A stretch of 64,000 nucleotides of DNA from Lophium mytilinum (GCA_010093605.1 MU004201.1:248001-312000), one strand, 5' to 3'; positions 1 to 12,166 are shown, numbered from the stretch's first letter. A program made the numbers and translations. The notes: generated by a model from the sequence alone, not told the origin.

Positions 1-373
1 CTTCTCTTAGCTAGTTAATAAGAGGTAGTTTACTAGCCTGTCTAGAAACTATAGGTAGAAGTTAGTACCTCTACTACGCCCTAGAGCATTATAATAATAA
101 ATATTATTATTACCCGGCCTCTATATTAACGCAGTTAGGTTAGTAGGTTACTAAGAACGGTTCCTTTAGCACACCTAGTCTCTTTTAGTTAGCTACTTTT
201 ATATAGAGAGTATGTTTAGGGTTTTAGCCTTTGCATTTATAGAATATATTAGGCTTGCCTACTAGTATTATCCGTGTTTATATCTCTATTATAACCTTAT
301 AGATTCTTATAGATAGTTAATTTAGTTAAAGTCTTTATAGCATCTTAGGTATCTAATAGAGGGGGGGGGGGGG
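1..373 (+). mobile_element. 3' internal end and G-rich polypurine tract (PPT) of an older, heavily RIP-mutated LTR element (Z), the host of element A
   Basis: TpA-rich sequence ending AATAGA(G)13. The G run resumes at 8599-8605 and is followed by TGTTATAG, an LTR-like start. Confidence 0.6.
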
Positions 374-540
374 TGTTACGGTTCTGTGGATGACAGGCTC
401 TAGCGTATAGCACGTAATGGACGCTCACATGCACGCCCAGCCGGACGTCGGCGTCCTATACGCCGGCGTAGCCCTTAAGGCAACGCCTGCTAGCTAGCTA
501 ATAGGACACCTTTTACCTCTACATCTTGCTTCTCGCAATA
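374..540 (+). repeat. 5' LTR of element A
   Basis: TGTTACGG...CGCAATA. Matches 8432-8598 with about 7 differences, all transitions. Confidence 0.97.
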
Positions 541-542
541 AA

Positions 543-555
543 TGGTAGCTCAGTG
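543..555 (+). promoter_or_regulatory. Putative tRNA primer binding site of A (TGGTAGCTCAGTG), initiator-Met type
   Basis: Starts 2 nt after the 5' LTR. TGGTAGC is complementary to the ...GCUACCA 3' end typical of eukaryotic tRNA-iMet. Confidence 0.6.
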
Positions 556-874
556 CTTTTCCATTAGAATTCCTTCCTGAATTCACTAGCTTTACATATC
601 GTAAGCACCAGATCATACGCAGGCCTCCGGAAATCATCTTAGGAGCTCTCGGTCTCGATAGGATTATCTCAACGAGTTCCTGGCGTCCGAGACTATCGCC
701 GGCTTCATCTCTACTAGCCTACGTCGCAACAGCTTATATAAGCTAGATGTACCATTAACTAGTCCTCTATAATCCGCGTTCACGGGTACCCACGTAAGAC
801 GTCGAGAACGTCGGCGTCCTTGAAGGCTTGAACGCTGCGAACCCGCCTTATAAGCTTTAATTAACAAACCGTTA

Positions 875-1045
875 ACGACTTCCCGGAAAGCGTTGTCTTC
901 TACGACTTCCTGGAAACCGTCGTCTTCTACGACTTCCTGGAAACCGTCGTCTTCTACGACTTCCTGGAAACTGTCGTCTTCTATGACTTCCTGGAAACTG
1001 TCGTCTTTCACGACTCCTAGAAGCCGCCATCTTCGACGGCTTCCT
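875..1045. repeat. Tandem 27-bp repeat (TTCCTGGAAACCGTCGTCTTCTACGAC, about 5-6 copies) in the 5' leader of A
   Basis: Directly visible head-to-tail copies with no spacers. Confidence 0.9.
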
Positions 1046-1381
1046 AGAGCTTACCGCATTGAGGAAGCAGTACCGTGGTTTAGAGGAAGCCACGTCATTA
1101 ATAAACCCCATCTGCTTTCCTCTTAAGACTACTCTCTCTCCTTCATTAACATCTCCCTCATCAACGTCTCTTCTCTCTACGTCTGCCTCATCACGTACGC
1201 CGGCGACAGGCTTTTCGACGCCGCGTAAGAACAGGCTCTCGTTGGCGAGCCCCTTAAGCAAGCCGGCAGCCAGACGTCAGCGTCCTGCAGGCCGCTGTTA
1301 GTCTCTTGCGGCCGTCTTTAGCCTTTCACGGCCGTTATTAGCCTTCTACGGCCGCCATTAGTCTGACGCCCGTGTAACCTC

Positions 1382-4300
1382 ATGTCTGGTGGTGCCCAAC
1401 GCCTAGACCTCCCGGATTATATCGTCTCGCTTGGACGACAGCTTCACGCCTTCTTAATTGCCAACCGTTGAGCTATTAAGTCGATTGAGCTAAAGGCCAT
1501 CTTACCTAGCTTCATCGCGCACTTCCTAACCTAGCCAACCGTCTCTAGTACACAAGGACGGCGATTACAGTCTGTGGACCCCTTACCGTTTCCACTAGAG
1601 TGGAACATTACGACAGCCCGTGCTGATTACGCCGTCGACCGCTTTCTCGCCGCCGCCCGACTCGCCTATCCCGAGGAGATTGCGAATATCGGCCTTAGCG
1701 CCGGTACCGGAGCGCACAACCGCGACACGTCGCGCTCCAACAACCTCTTCAACGACTCTGTGACGTCTGCGTCACCCAGGCTTACTCCTGACAGCCGCCG
1801 GCCATTGACAGCGTCCGCCCATTCAGGGTTCACGGAGCAGGTCACCCGCAACGAGAGCGTGAACCCGTTGCCGCTCGGCAACAATAATAACAATATGACG
1901 GCCTTCTCAGCTGAGCAGACCCAAGCCCTGCGTGACCTTATTCGCGCAGTTGTTACGGAAGTCCGTGACGAGAGAGCCCCGCCATAAGGACCACCTGGTC
2001 CTCCTGGGCCACCTGGACCCCCGGGCATTCCCGGAGACGCCGCGAACGGCGGAAACGGAGGCGCAGGTGGAGGCGGCTTCCGCGTCCAGGAGATTGGGTT
2101 CTATCAGCCCAACCTGGAACTCGACGTGTACGGACCCGGTGACGTTGTCTACGTTGGGCAGGACACGTACGTCCGTGACGTGTTTATCTTTGTTGACCGT
2201 ATCCGAGACGCGGCTACCCTCCGAGGAGATGACCTGATAAAGAGCAAGCTGCCCTAGTGTTTAAGAGGCAACGCTCTCGAGTGGTACACCTCTGGACTCT
2301 TAAATCTTGAGAAACTCGGCTTGAGGCACGGTACTATCGACGACTGGTGTAACTCTCTCATTGCTTAGTTTAAGGAGCCCCTTAGCGACTCCTTGAATAA
2401 GCTGGCTAGCAGCATCTACTCGCTTAGAGACGCCCGGAACCGGCGCGACGCAGCCAGCTACGTGTACTCGATGATCCGGCTAGCCAGGTTGTTTAACTTG
2501 GAACAGACTCTTAACTAATTGACGTTCGCATGGAACGGTCTCGACACCCTCCTCCAACGCGATATTCCGGCGCCCTCCACCGTAACAACGGTGGAAACCT
2601 TCGTCAGGTCTATCCAGGATAAGCGCGAGCAGTGGTATTAGCTTGCAGGTATCTATTTGGGAGAAACACGGATGTCTAACGCTACGACTACGTTACCGTC
2701 TGCGACACGCCCTTTTAATGGTTAGTATTCTTAGAACCTCCCCCGACGGACTTTCCAGCCGTTAAACCGTGGCTCTTGGAACCAGGGCCTCCCGTACAGG
2801 CAGTACGGAGGGCCGTGGAACCGAGGTGGCGGTCCCGTTAACCCTTCACGCACTTACACCCCTTAGAAGCCTTAGTACGGCCAGTATAATCGCGAAAACG
2901 CTCAGCAGACGCCGCCGACCTTGCCGCCAGCTTTGCCAGCGCCTCGACAACCGCTGCAAATCACAAGCGGCAACGTTCCTGCCTCGCGCAACCAATAGCC
3001 CGCATCGCGAGGCGGCTTCTCAGGCAGCCGAAATCAGTTTGTTGGCAACAACTAGTCGAGGTATAAGACCTACGCCAATAACGCCGACCCCGACGTTAAC
3101 GTTGAGGCCGACCCAGACGCCTATGCCCAGGACGAGCAGTACTGGAATGATGTCTAGGCAGGCGTTAAAGAGACTATGGCTTATATGGGCTTTACGGAAC
3201 CCCAAGAGCCTTTTGAAGAGCCCCAACCAGGAGAACTAGTCGCCGAGCAGGACTCTAACCTTGTCGACTGCGGATCTGTGGACGTCTTTAACGCCGCAAC
3301 TTCGCCGGCGACCTTGCAGCCTAGACGTACGTGTCGTACGTGTTGCCTTACCTTCCCGTTGAACAACACCTTGTTTAAACATCTACGTACGGACTGCAGC
3401 CCTTTGACCTGTAAGCAGCACGCGGCCGTTGATTCTTAGCACGCTGAGACGGCCGCGAGCCCTCCGCAAGACGCCCCGATAATTACAAGCAAGCGCGTTA
3501 TCACGTCGGCCACTAAGAACCCTAAGATTGGAACCGGGGTAGCGTTTTGAGGCTTCTACTATGTCACTATGAAGGCCTCTATAAGCAACTGTCCTCTAGA
3601 TAATGTTACGCCTGACTCTAGCAACACTATAACGCTGATAGGACGGAACTTCCTGTCTAAACATGGCAACCCGTTGAAGCTCTAGAAGATAAAGGAGCCC
3701 GTTATGGTCTAAGGCGTAGGCAATCGGCTCGTTCCCTCCGACGAATTCTGTGTTGTTGACCTATATATCCCAGGACTTCTACAAGGGACTTCTTGTACGG
3801 CCGCGATGCGTTTTGAGGCCCACGTTGTCGACAACCTGCGTGCGAACCTTCTGCTTGGCACTGACGTCCTGGACCCAGAAGACGCTGTCATCGACTTTAA
3901 GTCGCGACGCCTACGAATCGGAAGCTGTTAAGACTTCGAAGCTCCAATATTGTTGCGGGCGCGCGATGACCCAACCAAGATCCGGCGCATCGTGAAGGCC
4001 AAGATCTCCATAGTCGTGCCGGCTTACAGCGTGGGGCTCGTACCTATTAACGTACGAGGGCAGCTACCTGATCGCGACTTCAGCTTCACGCTAGAGTTCC
4101 ATAGTTAGAAGCTTGGCTATGAAGGAGGCGTCTATGCCCATATCCTGGACGCCTAGTTAATGCACGTCCAGGTGCACAACGCCTCTAACCTTAACTTTAC
4201 CGTCCCTAGGAACGTTAAGCTCGGAGTTATTATAGACTGCTTCTATGAGGGAGCTTACTCCGTGGACGTTGACGAGCACTCCCTCGCCGTACAGAGAGCA

Positions 4301-7300
4301 CCCCTCTGGCAGCCCCAGACGAGCAACGGCCCTAGCTTCCCGTTGCTTGGAGCCTACAATAGCGACACCTACAGGATTGAGCTCGCTGACGTGCAGACTC
4401 CGGACGCCCATAGCCCTGAGGCGTCCGTAGACGTTTACGCGCCTGTAAAAGACGTTTACGCGCCCGTAAAAGACGTTTACGCGCCCGTAAAAGATGTTTA
4501 CGAGCCCGTGAAAGACGTTTACGAGCCCCTTAATGACATAACGCCCGTGAATAGCAACGCGCCCACGGCTACCTTTTAGATTAATCCGAAGCTAGAAACT
4601 GAGTTCGACGGTCCGTTCGGAGTCACCATCTACGGCTCATCTGTCGCGAACGCTTCTTGGCTTAGCGACGTTGTGAACGACTTCGAAAGCTTGTTTACGG
4701 ACGATGGTAAGCTGGCTAACGTCCCCGAGGACTAGTGGTTACAGGTTCCTCTAGTTAGCGACCTCGGCTCCGCGAGTGCGAAGCTGGCCCACCGCGTGTA
4801 TCCATTAGGCCCTTAAGAAAGAGCTCTCGTCGACGCCGAATTCGACAAGCTGCACGAATAAGGCCGGATGGAGTGGTCCACAAGCTCTACCCGCTTTGGG
4901 TTCCCGGTTTTTGTCGTCTGGCGAAATGTAACTATTAACGGAGCCCTCACACGCAAAGGACGTGTAGTCGTCGACATTAGAGGCCTTAATAAGGTCACCG
5001 TGAAAGACAGCTACCCCTTGCCGCGGCAAGAGGACCTAACAAGCGTGGTAGCTGACTGCCCGTTTATTTCCACTGTGGACGCCGCCTCATTCTTCTACTA
5101 GTGGCCTGTTAGCTATAGCGACCGCGACAAGTTCACGGTTGTGTCGCACAGGGGCCAGGAACATTTTAACGTCGCCGTGATGGGCTTTTGTGGCTCCCCT
5201 CCTTACGTACAACGGTAAATCGACCGCCTGATACGGCGGTGCAATCTGAAGGCCTTCTGCCGGGCGTATATTGACGACATTGTTATCTTTTCACGGACCC
5301 TGGATGATCACGTCCGGCAGCTATATTAGGTTTTCACGGCTTTGCAAGACGCGTGCATCACGCTTAAGGGATAGAAGTTGTACATTGGGTACCCCTCCCT
5401 CACTCTTCTAGGACAGAAGGTCGACGCCCTAGGAATGACTACCGCCGCCGAGAAACTAGCGGCCATCCATAAGCTGTCCTTTCTAGCCACTCTTAAGGAC
5501 TTAGAGCACTACCTGGGCCTTACTAGATGGCTCCGTCAGTACGTAGGCTACTATGCACAGCTCTTAGAGCCCCTCCAACATAAGAAGACGCGTCTGTTGA
5601 AGGCTGCCCCTGTCGCAGGCCATGCCAGGGTTCGCCATACGCAAATAACCCGGGTTTCCGAGGAAGAGGCCGTCTACAAGTCTTACAAGGCCCTGCAGGA
5701 CGCGTTCTTCTAGGAAAGGATCCTTGTCCACTACAACCCCAAACGTCGCCTGTACATCGACGTCGACGCTTCCAAGGCCCGCGGCTTTGGCGTTATGGTC
5801 TACCACGTCAAGGGCGACCCGGATCAGCTTGAGGATATTAAGCGCGTAAAGATTGAGCCCATTATGTTCCTTAGCAAGCTTCTGTCCGCTGCCGAAAGGA
5901 ACTATTGGCCCACCGAGTTAGAGGTCGCTTGCCTTGTCTGGGCGATCCGACGGGTTCACCATCTTGTGTCAGCATGTGAGCACCCCAAAGGCATAATAGT
6001 GGTGACCGACCATGCGGCAACGACGGGTATTGTGAAGGCTACGTCGCTTACAAGCTCTGCGGTCGATAAGCTTAATATGAGACTTATACGCGCATTGCAA
6101 TATCTCTTATAGTTTTAATTGGACGTCCGCTATAAGCCCGGACGGCAGCACGTCGTTCTAGACGCCCTATTACGTCTTCCATCCACCGCCGGCCCTATCG
6201 ACCCTAATTTAGACACACTTAAGGAGCTCTACACCTTTAACGTGTCGCTCGTGGAGCTCGCTGACGACTTCCGCGAGCAATTAACCCTGGCGTACGAAAC
6301 CGACAAGCACTTCGCCGGAATCCGAGATCTTGTAGCCGGCGCCGCCGCCGCCTAAGACGCCGTTGTGGAGAAAGAACCTGCCATCAAGAACACCGCCGCC
6401 CAAGAACCTGCCGTCGTGGAGAAATTAGTTGTTACCTAAGAACCTGCCGTTAAGAACACCGTCGTATAAGACGCCGCCGTTCAAGACGCCGCCGTCCAAG
6501 ACGCCGCCGTCCAAGACACCGTCGGCAACGTCGACTCCGAGGCCCGCGTTACGGTCGCAAGCCGCCACGCACCTCTCAGATCTGTATACGAGAACGAGCC
6601 CACGCCTGGCGTACTATTTATGGTGTATGAGGGCCTTCTTTACCACAAAGACGCTCTGGACGGGCACCTACGGCTGTGCATACCTAGGAGCCTAGAAGGA
6701 GACGTCTTTAGGGAATGTCACGATAGACACTCACACGCCGGCTTCTACAGGACCTACGAGCGCGTTCGCGCCACCTACTACGTTAGGCACCTGGCTAGAA
6801 GGCTTAAACTCTACTTGCTCTACTGCCTAGCTTGCCGTGAGAATACTACAGGACGCCACCGCCCCTACGGAGTCCTTATTCCATTGCAGACACCTCTAAT
6901 TCCTTTCTATACCGTGTCTATAGACTTTATTGTTGGTCTGCTAGAATTTAACAGCTATAACGCTATAGTTACTGTCACCGACAAGTTCTCCAAACGCGCC
7001 ACAATGGGCCCTGGCAAGGACACGTACGACGCAAAGGACTGGGCCCGCGTTGTCTTAGACCTCTTGGCTAACTGGGGCGTCCCGGCCGCTACCATTATGG
7101 ACAGAGATTGAAAGTTTATGTCGGCGTTCTGGAAGGCCTTGTTCCAGCGCCTTGGGACTAAGATATTGATGTCGACGGCCTATTACCCACGAACAGATGG
7201 ACAGTTAGAACGGACTAACTAGACGGTCGAGATAGCCCTCTATTATTACCTCTCGCAGCCCGGAAATCTAGACTGGCCTGCCTTTCTGCCTACGCTCTAT

Positions 7301-8116
7301 AGGAGCCTTAACAACTCCATTAATGTATCTACAGGCTTGTCGCCGAACCAGGTTATCTACGGTTTCCAGCTTAATGAGGGCCTGCCGGCCCTCCCTGTTG
7401 GCAACGTCACAGACGTCGACGACGCCTCGCTTAAGGCGCAGCCCCCCACAAGCGTCCAAGACGCCCGCGTCCAAGACGCCTACGTCGACGACGCCTCGCT
7501 TAAGGCGCAGCCCCCCACAAGCGTTCAAGACGCCCGCGTCCAAGACGCCCACGTCGACTTCCTGGACACCCGCAATAGGTTGCGGCAAGAAGCTGCAGAC
7601 TCTATCGCCTTCGCCGCCGCCAGAATGAAGCTTCGCTTTGACAAGATAAGGGCGCCCCTGCAACTATAAGCCGGCGACCTTATCTATATACGGCTGCATA
7701 AAGGCTTCCGAGTACCGGGAGTCCATTACAAGTTCGGCGCACAACGTGTTGGGCCTCGGGTCGTTAAGCGCAAGGTCGGCGAAAACGCCTACGAGGTCGA
7801 CCTGCCGCTTAGCTGGAAAATCCACCCTGTGATATCTGTGGAGCAGCTTAAACCTGCCCCTGCGACTAAGGACCCGTACGGACGCATCCAAGAGGAACCC
7901 CCAGCCGTGGAAGATAAACGCAACGATGAGATAAGCGCCTTCTACGAGGTACAAAGGCTGGTTAATTGACGGGCTCGTTGAATTGGACGCTCTAAGAAGC
8001 TCTTCACGGAGTACCTGGTGCAATGGAAAGGCTACGGACCCGAGGAAAATCAGTGGGTTCGACGCGAAGACGTCGATGAAGATCTGGCAAACGCCTACGA
8101 CGCCGCCCATCCGTGA
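1382..8116 (+). pseudogene. Single-frame gag-pol polyprotein of A (~2244 codons) broken by RIP stop codons
   Basis: ORF pieces at 1574, 3176, 4160, 4868, 5378, 5795, 6119, 6620 and 7337 all share the frame of ATG 1382 and TGA 8114-8116. RT YIDD at 5267-5278; RNase H DVDAS and NYWPTELE; integrase HHCC ~6718-6835 and SIDFIVGL. Confidence 0.93.
7939..8113 (+). other. Chromodomain at the C-terminus of the A integrase
   Basis: FYEVQRLVN..R....TEYLVQWKGYGPEENQWV..EDV, with the canonical aromatic residues. Confidence 0.92.
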
Positions 8117-8431
8117 ACGGGCTTGATCGCCACAAGTTGATCGCTTCGGCTTGATCACTACGGCTTGATCGCCTGTTATTAAATCTTCTTACGAGCCTGT
8201 TATCGTTTACATCCTTTACAGCCTCACCGAGTTCCAAGAACCTGCCGTAACCTATTGTCTTCGCCGAGACCTGCAAACCTATTGTTCTTGCCCTCCATTG
8301 CTTACAGGCCCATTCTTACTACGACCTCAACACCTTGGTAAGTAGGATATGTCTTGGGAGGAGGATCTTGCATGTACTAGCGTTCTGTCACGGTCGTCGA
8401 GGACGACGACGTCTCTTTGTTTGGGGGCAGT

Positions 8432-8598
8432 TGTTACGGTTCTATGGATGACAGGCTCTGGCGTACAGCACGTGATGGACGCTTACGTGCACGCCCAGCC
8501 GGACGTCGGCGTCCTATACGCCGGCGTAGCCCTTAAGGCAACGCCTGCTAGCTAGCTAATAGGACACCTTTTACCTCTACATCTTGCTTCTCGCAACA
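8432..8598 (+). repeat. 3' LTR of element A
   Basis: TGTTACGG...CGCAACA, preceded by a PPT. Confidence 0.97.
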
Positions 8599-8605
8599 GG
8601 GGGGG

Positions 8606-9664
8606 TGTTATAGTAGTTTAAGTATAAGTTCTTAGGTCTTAAGTACTAGTTAACGTATCGTGGCTTATTAGTTGCCGTAATTAGCATACTACATTAACTT
8701 ATAGCCCGGGGTCTAAGCAGGCACATTCTAGGGTGTAAATTATTGGATGAAAAAGCACGCCCCGCCTAAGATTAGGGGGACCGGAAAATAAGCGATATTA
8801 TATACTCCAACACGCCCCGTAATAGAGCTATGTAAAGGTAATAGAGGTAAATAGAATGTAGAATAAGGAGGCTAAAATAGATGTTTTAAGTAGCAAAAAC
8901 TGTTGTAGCTTAGTAATTGGGGTTAAATAATTAGTTGGAAGAGAGGGATGTAAAAGCGCACCGAGATTAATGTATATATCTTTTTGTGCATATTATTATA
9001 CTTATTAATTTTTAATTGTATAGGCGGGATGAGTTTCTATATAGTTGCGGAAAATTAGAAGTTGGTCCTGGTAAAAGACTCCCAAGGTGCCATTGTTGCG
9101 TGTCGAACCCGTGAGTTTGGTGTTCGCGCTGGCTAGTTATGGGTGTAGTCTGGTGTGCTAACTAAGTAGACCATCCGGGGGCAACCGGGCTTATAACCTG
9201 TTAGATGAAAAAGCACGCCCCGCCTAAGATTAGGGGGACTGGAAAATAAGCGACATTATATATTCTAATATAAATAAGCTATTATAGAGTATTTATACCC
9301 TATAGGCTTACTATCCTATATATAGCATATTTACGTTAGTTATTATAGTACTTATTTTACCTAAATTATGTGGCCTTACTAGTGTTGCGGTGTTAGGTTA
9401 GAAGGCGTTCTATAGTTAGTAATAGAGTATTATAGAGACTGCGCTAATATATCTATATAGAGACTGCATGGCGCCTAGCGTAATATTACTATTATGTGCC
9501 GTATTTTATATATTTAGTATAGGCTATATAGCTATATAATTACTATACCTTAACTATAGTTTTAATAGTATATTATCTATTATATTACTAATATATCTAA
9601 GACTTATCCCTAATAGATAAGTTTAATGTTAATAATACTAGCGGCACTATTTTAGCCGTATTTA
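8606..9664 (+). repeat. Probable 3' LTR of host element Z, interrupted by the mini-element; right end uncertain
   Basis: Begins TGTTATAG immediately after the G tract. Non-coding, and abuts the broken integrase of D1 at ~9665. Confidence 0.45.
8741..9270 (-). mobile_element. Non-autonomous Ty1/Copia-type mini LTR element (TRIM-like), 530 bp
   Basis: 72-bp direct repeats at 8741-8812 and 9199-9270 (TGTTGG...CCAACA consensus). TSD TAAAT at 8736-8740 and 9271-9275. On the minus strand, PBS GGTTATAAGCCCGG follows the 5' LTR and ACGGGGCG precedes the 3' LTR. Confidence 0.9.
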
Positions 9665-12161
9665 AACTCTATCCATTATTTATCTAGTGTATTAAGACTG
9701 CGGAGTAGTCCTTACTATTTATTTTAGAAAGCCTTTACTCGGCGGTAGCTGTAATAGGCGCCTGTATAGCGCTTAATATCTTTATAGAAGTTAGGCTAGA
9801 AGTAGTAGCATTAAAGTAGCATATAAGAGCCGTGTTTACTAGAATAACTAGTAATAGAAGTATTATAAGAGAAGCTAAGTAGCTTAGTATATAGTTAGTT
9901 ATGGGCTAGTATATATAGATAATTATAATAGTATAGTTAGTTATTACGTACTTTAAATCTATTAATATTAAGGTTGCTAATAAGATCGCGGAGGGCTTTT
10001 AGAATAGAGCAAGTGCCGCTTTAGATAAGATTAATAAGCTTATATAGTATAGGGTTATACAGAGGTTTGGAATAGAGGGTGTATATATAGGCCTTATTAA
10101 TAAGATGCTATAAGTTATTATTATTATAGTTAATGTTATTACCGTTGTTATTACCTTAAACTAGCTATGCTATAATAACCTTATTAGCAGCTGTAATTAT
10201 AAGGCCGTGCAGCTAGTTTTACTACAGCGCCACAAAAGAGTATAATTAAGAAGCAATCTTACTTTCTAATACTAGCTACTTATACCCTTACAAGCTAATA
10301 TTACCCGCAAGGCCTAACAGTAATATTCTTATTAGCTAATAGAGCTGCAAAATCTAATTAGCGTCGCCGGGTAGCGCCGCGCAGTCCTTATTAGTGCTTC
10401 TATTGCTGTTGCCGTTGTTACTAGCATAGTTATAGCTGCGCAGCCTAGCAGGGGTAAGAGGAAGGGGTAAGAGGAAGAGAGAATATATTTAGAGAGAGGA
10501 TTATAGTAAGGTTATTAGAAGAGGCTTAAGTTCCTTAGTATAAGGAACTAGGCTATTTTAGTAAAGTATATAGAACGGGCCGAGGCCGGGCTTACTTAGC
10601 TTAGCGTTGTTTAGTAAGAGTAATTTACTATTTAGCGTAACCCTAGGCCTAAACTTATAAGATTTAAGTACTATTTATTATTAAAATTAGTTTTATAGGT
10701 TCTTAGGTCCTTTAGGTAAGTCCTGTAATCGCCGTATAAGGCTATCTAGTTTACTGCCTAGAACGCCTGGGCGGTATATAATTTTAAAGTTAAATCCGGT
10801 AAGAAACTCTACCTAGCGTGCTTAACAGCGGTTAAGTTCTTTAGTAGTTATAAACTATTTAAGGTTATAATAATCTATAAGGATATTAGTTAGATTCTTA
10901 GAGTCCGCGCTTGCAAGCTCTAGTCGCTATTCTTTAAAGGCCTTAATAGTAGCGAGCAGTTCTTTATTATAGATCTTATAGTTGCATTTAGCTAGTAATA
11001 TTTTAGAAGAAAAGAAGGCAACTAGGTAAAGAAGGCCGTTAGGCCTAATCTAGGTTATAACGCCGGCTATTATATAATTAAAAGCATTGGTTTTAAAGAA
11101 GACCTTCTTACTATACTAGAAGTGTATAAGGACAGGTGCTTCTATAAATACTTTCTTAAGCGCGCGGAAGCGCTTTTTATAGGCTTCTATTTATAAGAAA
11201 CGGGGTTTCTTCTATTCTTCTTAGAGCTTTATTATATTAGTAAGGAGTTTAATAATTTATAAGAACCCGTAGATAAACTATTAGTAGAAATTAGATAGTC
11301 TAATAAAGGCTTAGACGTCTTTAATATAATTTAGTATACTCTACTTAAAAATATTAGTAACTTTCTCTAGATCTATATAGATCCTGTTAGTACAAATAAT
11401 TAATTTTAGGTAGGTAACTTCCCTTTAATTAAACGCGCACTTAGATAGGTTAACGTATAGACCTGCTACTTCTAGATATTTAGGGACGGCGGCTATATAA
11501 GCCTTATAATCTTCTTTTAAATCTCCTATATAAATAAGGATATTATCTAGGTATACTATTTAGAATTTATTAAAAAACTTATATAGCGTATAATTAATAA
11601 AGAATTAGAAGGTTCCGGGGCCCCCTATAATACTAAAGGGCATAATATAAAACTTGTATTTACTATAGCGTATTGCAAAAGCCGTTTTATATTTATAGCT
11701 AGGGGCTATATAGACTTTATTAAAGGCCGCGATAATATTAAGCTTAGTAAACTACTAAGCTTTACTAAGGCGTTAGAGCGTTTCCTGTATAAGGGGTATA
11801 GAACAACGGGTTTTAATAGTAAGGGTGTTAACAGCGCGGTAGTCTATATAGAAATCAACGCCGCCTTCTAGTTTATAGATAAGAAGGATTAGTAAAGAGA
11901 CTTATAATTATAATTATCTAATATAGCCTTTAGTAAGATTATTATTAACCTATTTCTTAATAACTTAGAGCTTATTAGTAGATATAGAATATAGACAGGC
12001 TTTAGGTAGCTTATTAAGGTTAACGCCGTTAACCTAGTTAATCTTATAGTTAATGCCTAGTCGGTGTAGAGAAAGCGTGTCGGCATTAACTTAGTTAAAT
12101 ATACAAACGTATTTATATAGCTAGGGGGAAGTTTTATAAATATCTCTTTCTTAGTGCGGTG
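9665..12161 (-). pseudogene. D1 pol: RT, RNase H, linker and integrase zinc finger (RIP-degraded)
   Basis: Minus-strand VYLDNILIY (YLDD) ~11530-11555; RNase H end [23 protein letters not shown] ~10770-10850; HHCC region YFWPNFYKDIKRY...GLLRSL ~9690-9870. Confidence 0.85.
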
Positions 12162-12166
12162 TTACT

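Larger units (their letters stand above)
374..8598 (+). mobile_element. Full-length Ty3/Gypsy LTR retrotransposon A with chromodomain, lightly RIP-mutated
   Basis: 167-bp direct LTRs (TG...CA), PBS, PPT (GGGGGCAG at ~8423-8430), domain order Gag-PR-RT-RH-IN-CHD, and poly-G on both flanks (GGGGG TSD). Confidence 0.97.

Noticed and set aside
875..1045. CRISPR-like repeat array
   Set aside because: Head-to-tail repeats with no unique spacers, inside a eukaryotic retrotransposon leader, and no cas genes.
664..1301. ORFs 664-1011, 872-1261, 893-1126 and 1059-1301 as genes
   Set aside because: Low-complexity translations of the 27-bp tandem repeat and the leader sequence.
3960..4280. dUTPase-like domain after the A protease
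   Set aside because: Beta-rich segment, but none of the conserved dUTPase motifs can be recognised by eye.
8820..9093. Small ORF (MAPWESFTRTNF...) inside the mini-element
   Set aside because: Several stops and no recognisable similarity, so it cannot be supported.
10517..10575. Plus-strand zinc knuckle suggesting a DNA transposase at 9420-10600
   Set aside because: The first Cys is missing, and the minus strand of this region reads as the D1 linker and integrase HHCC domain.
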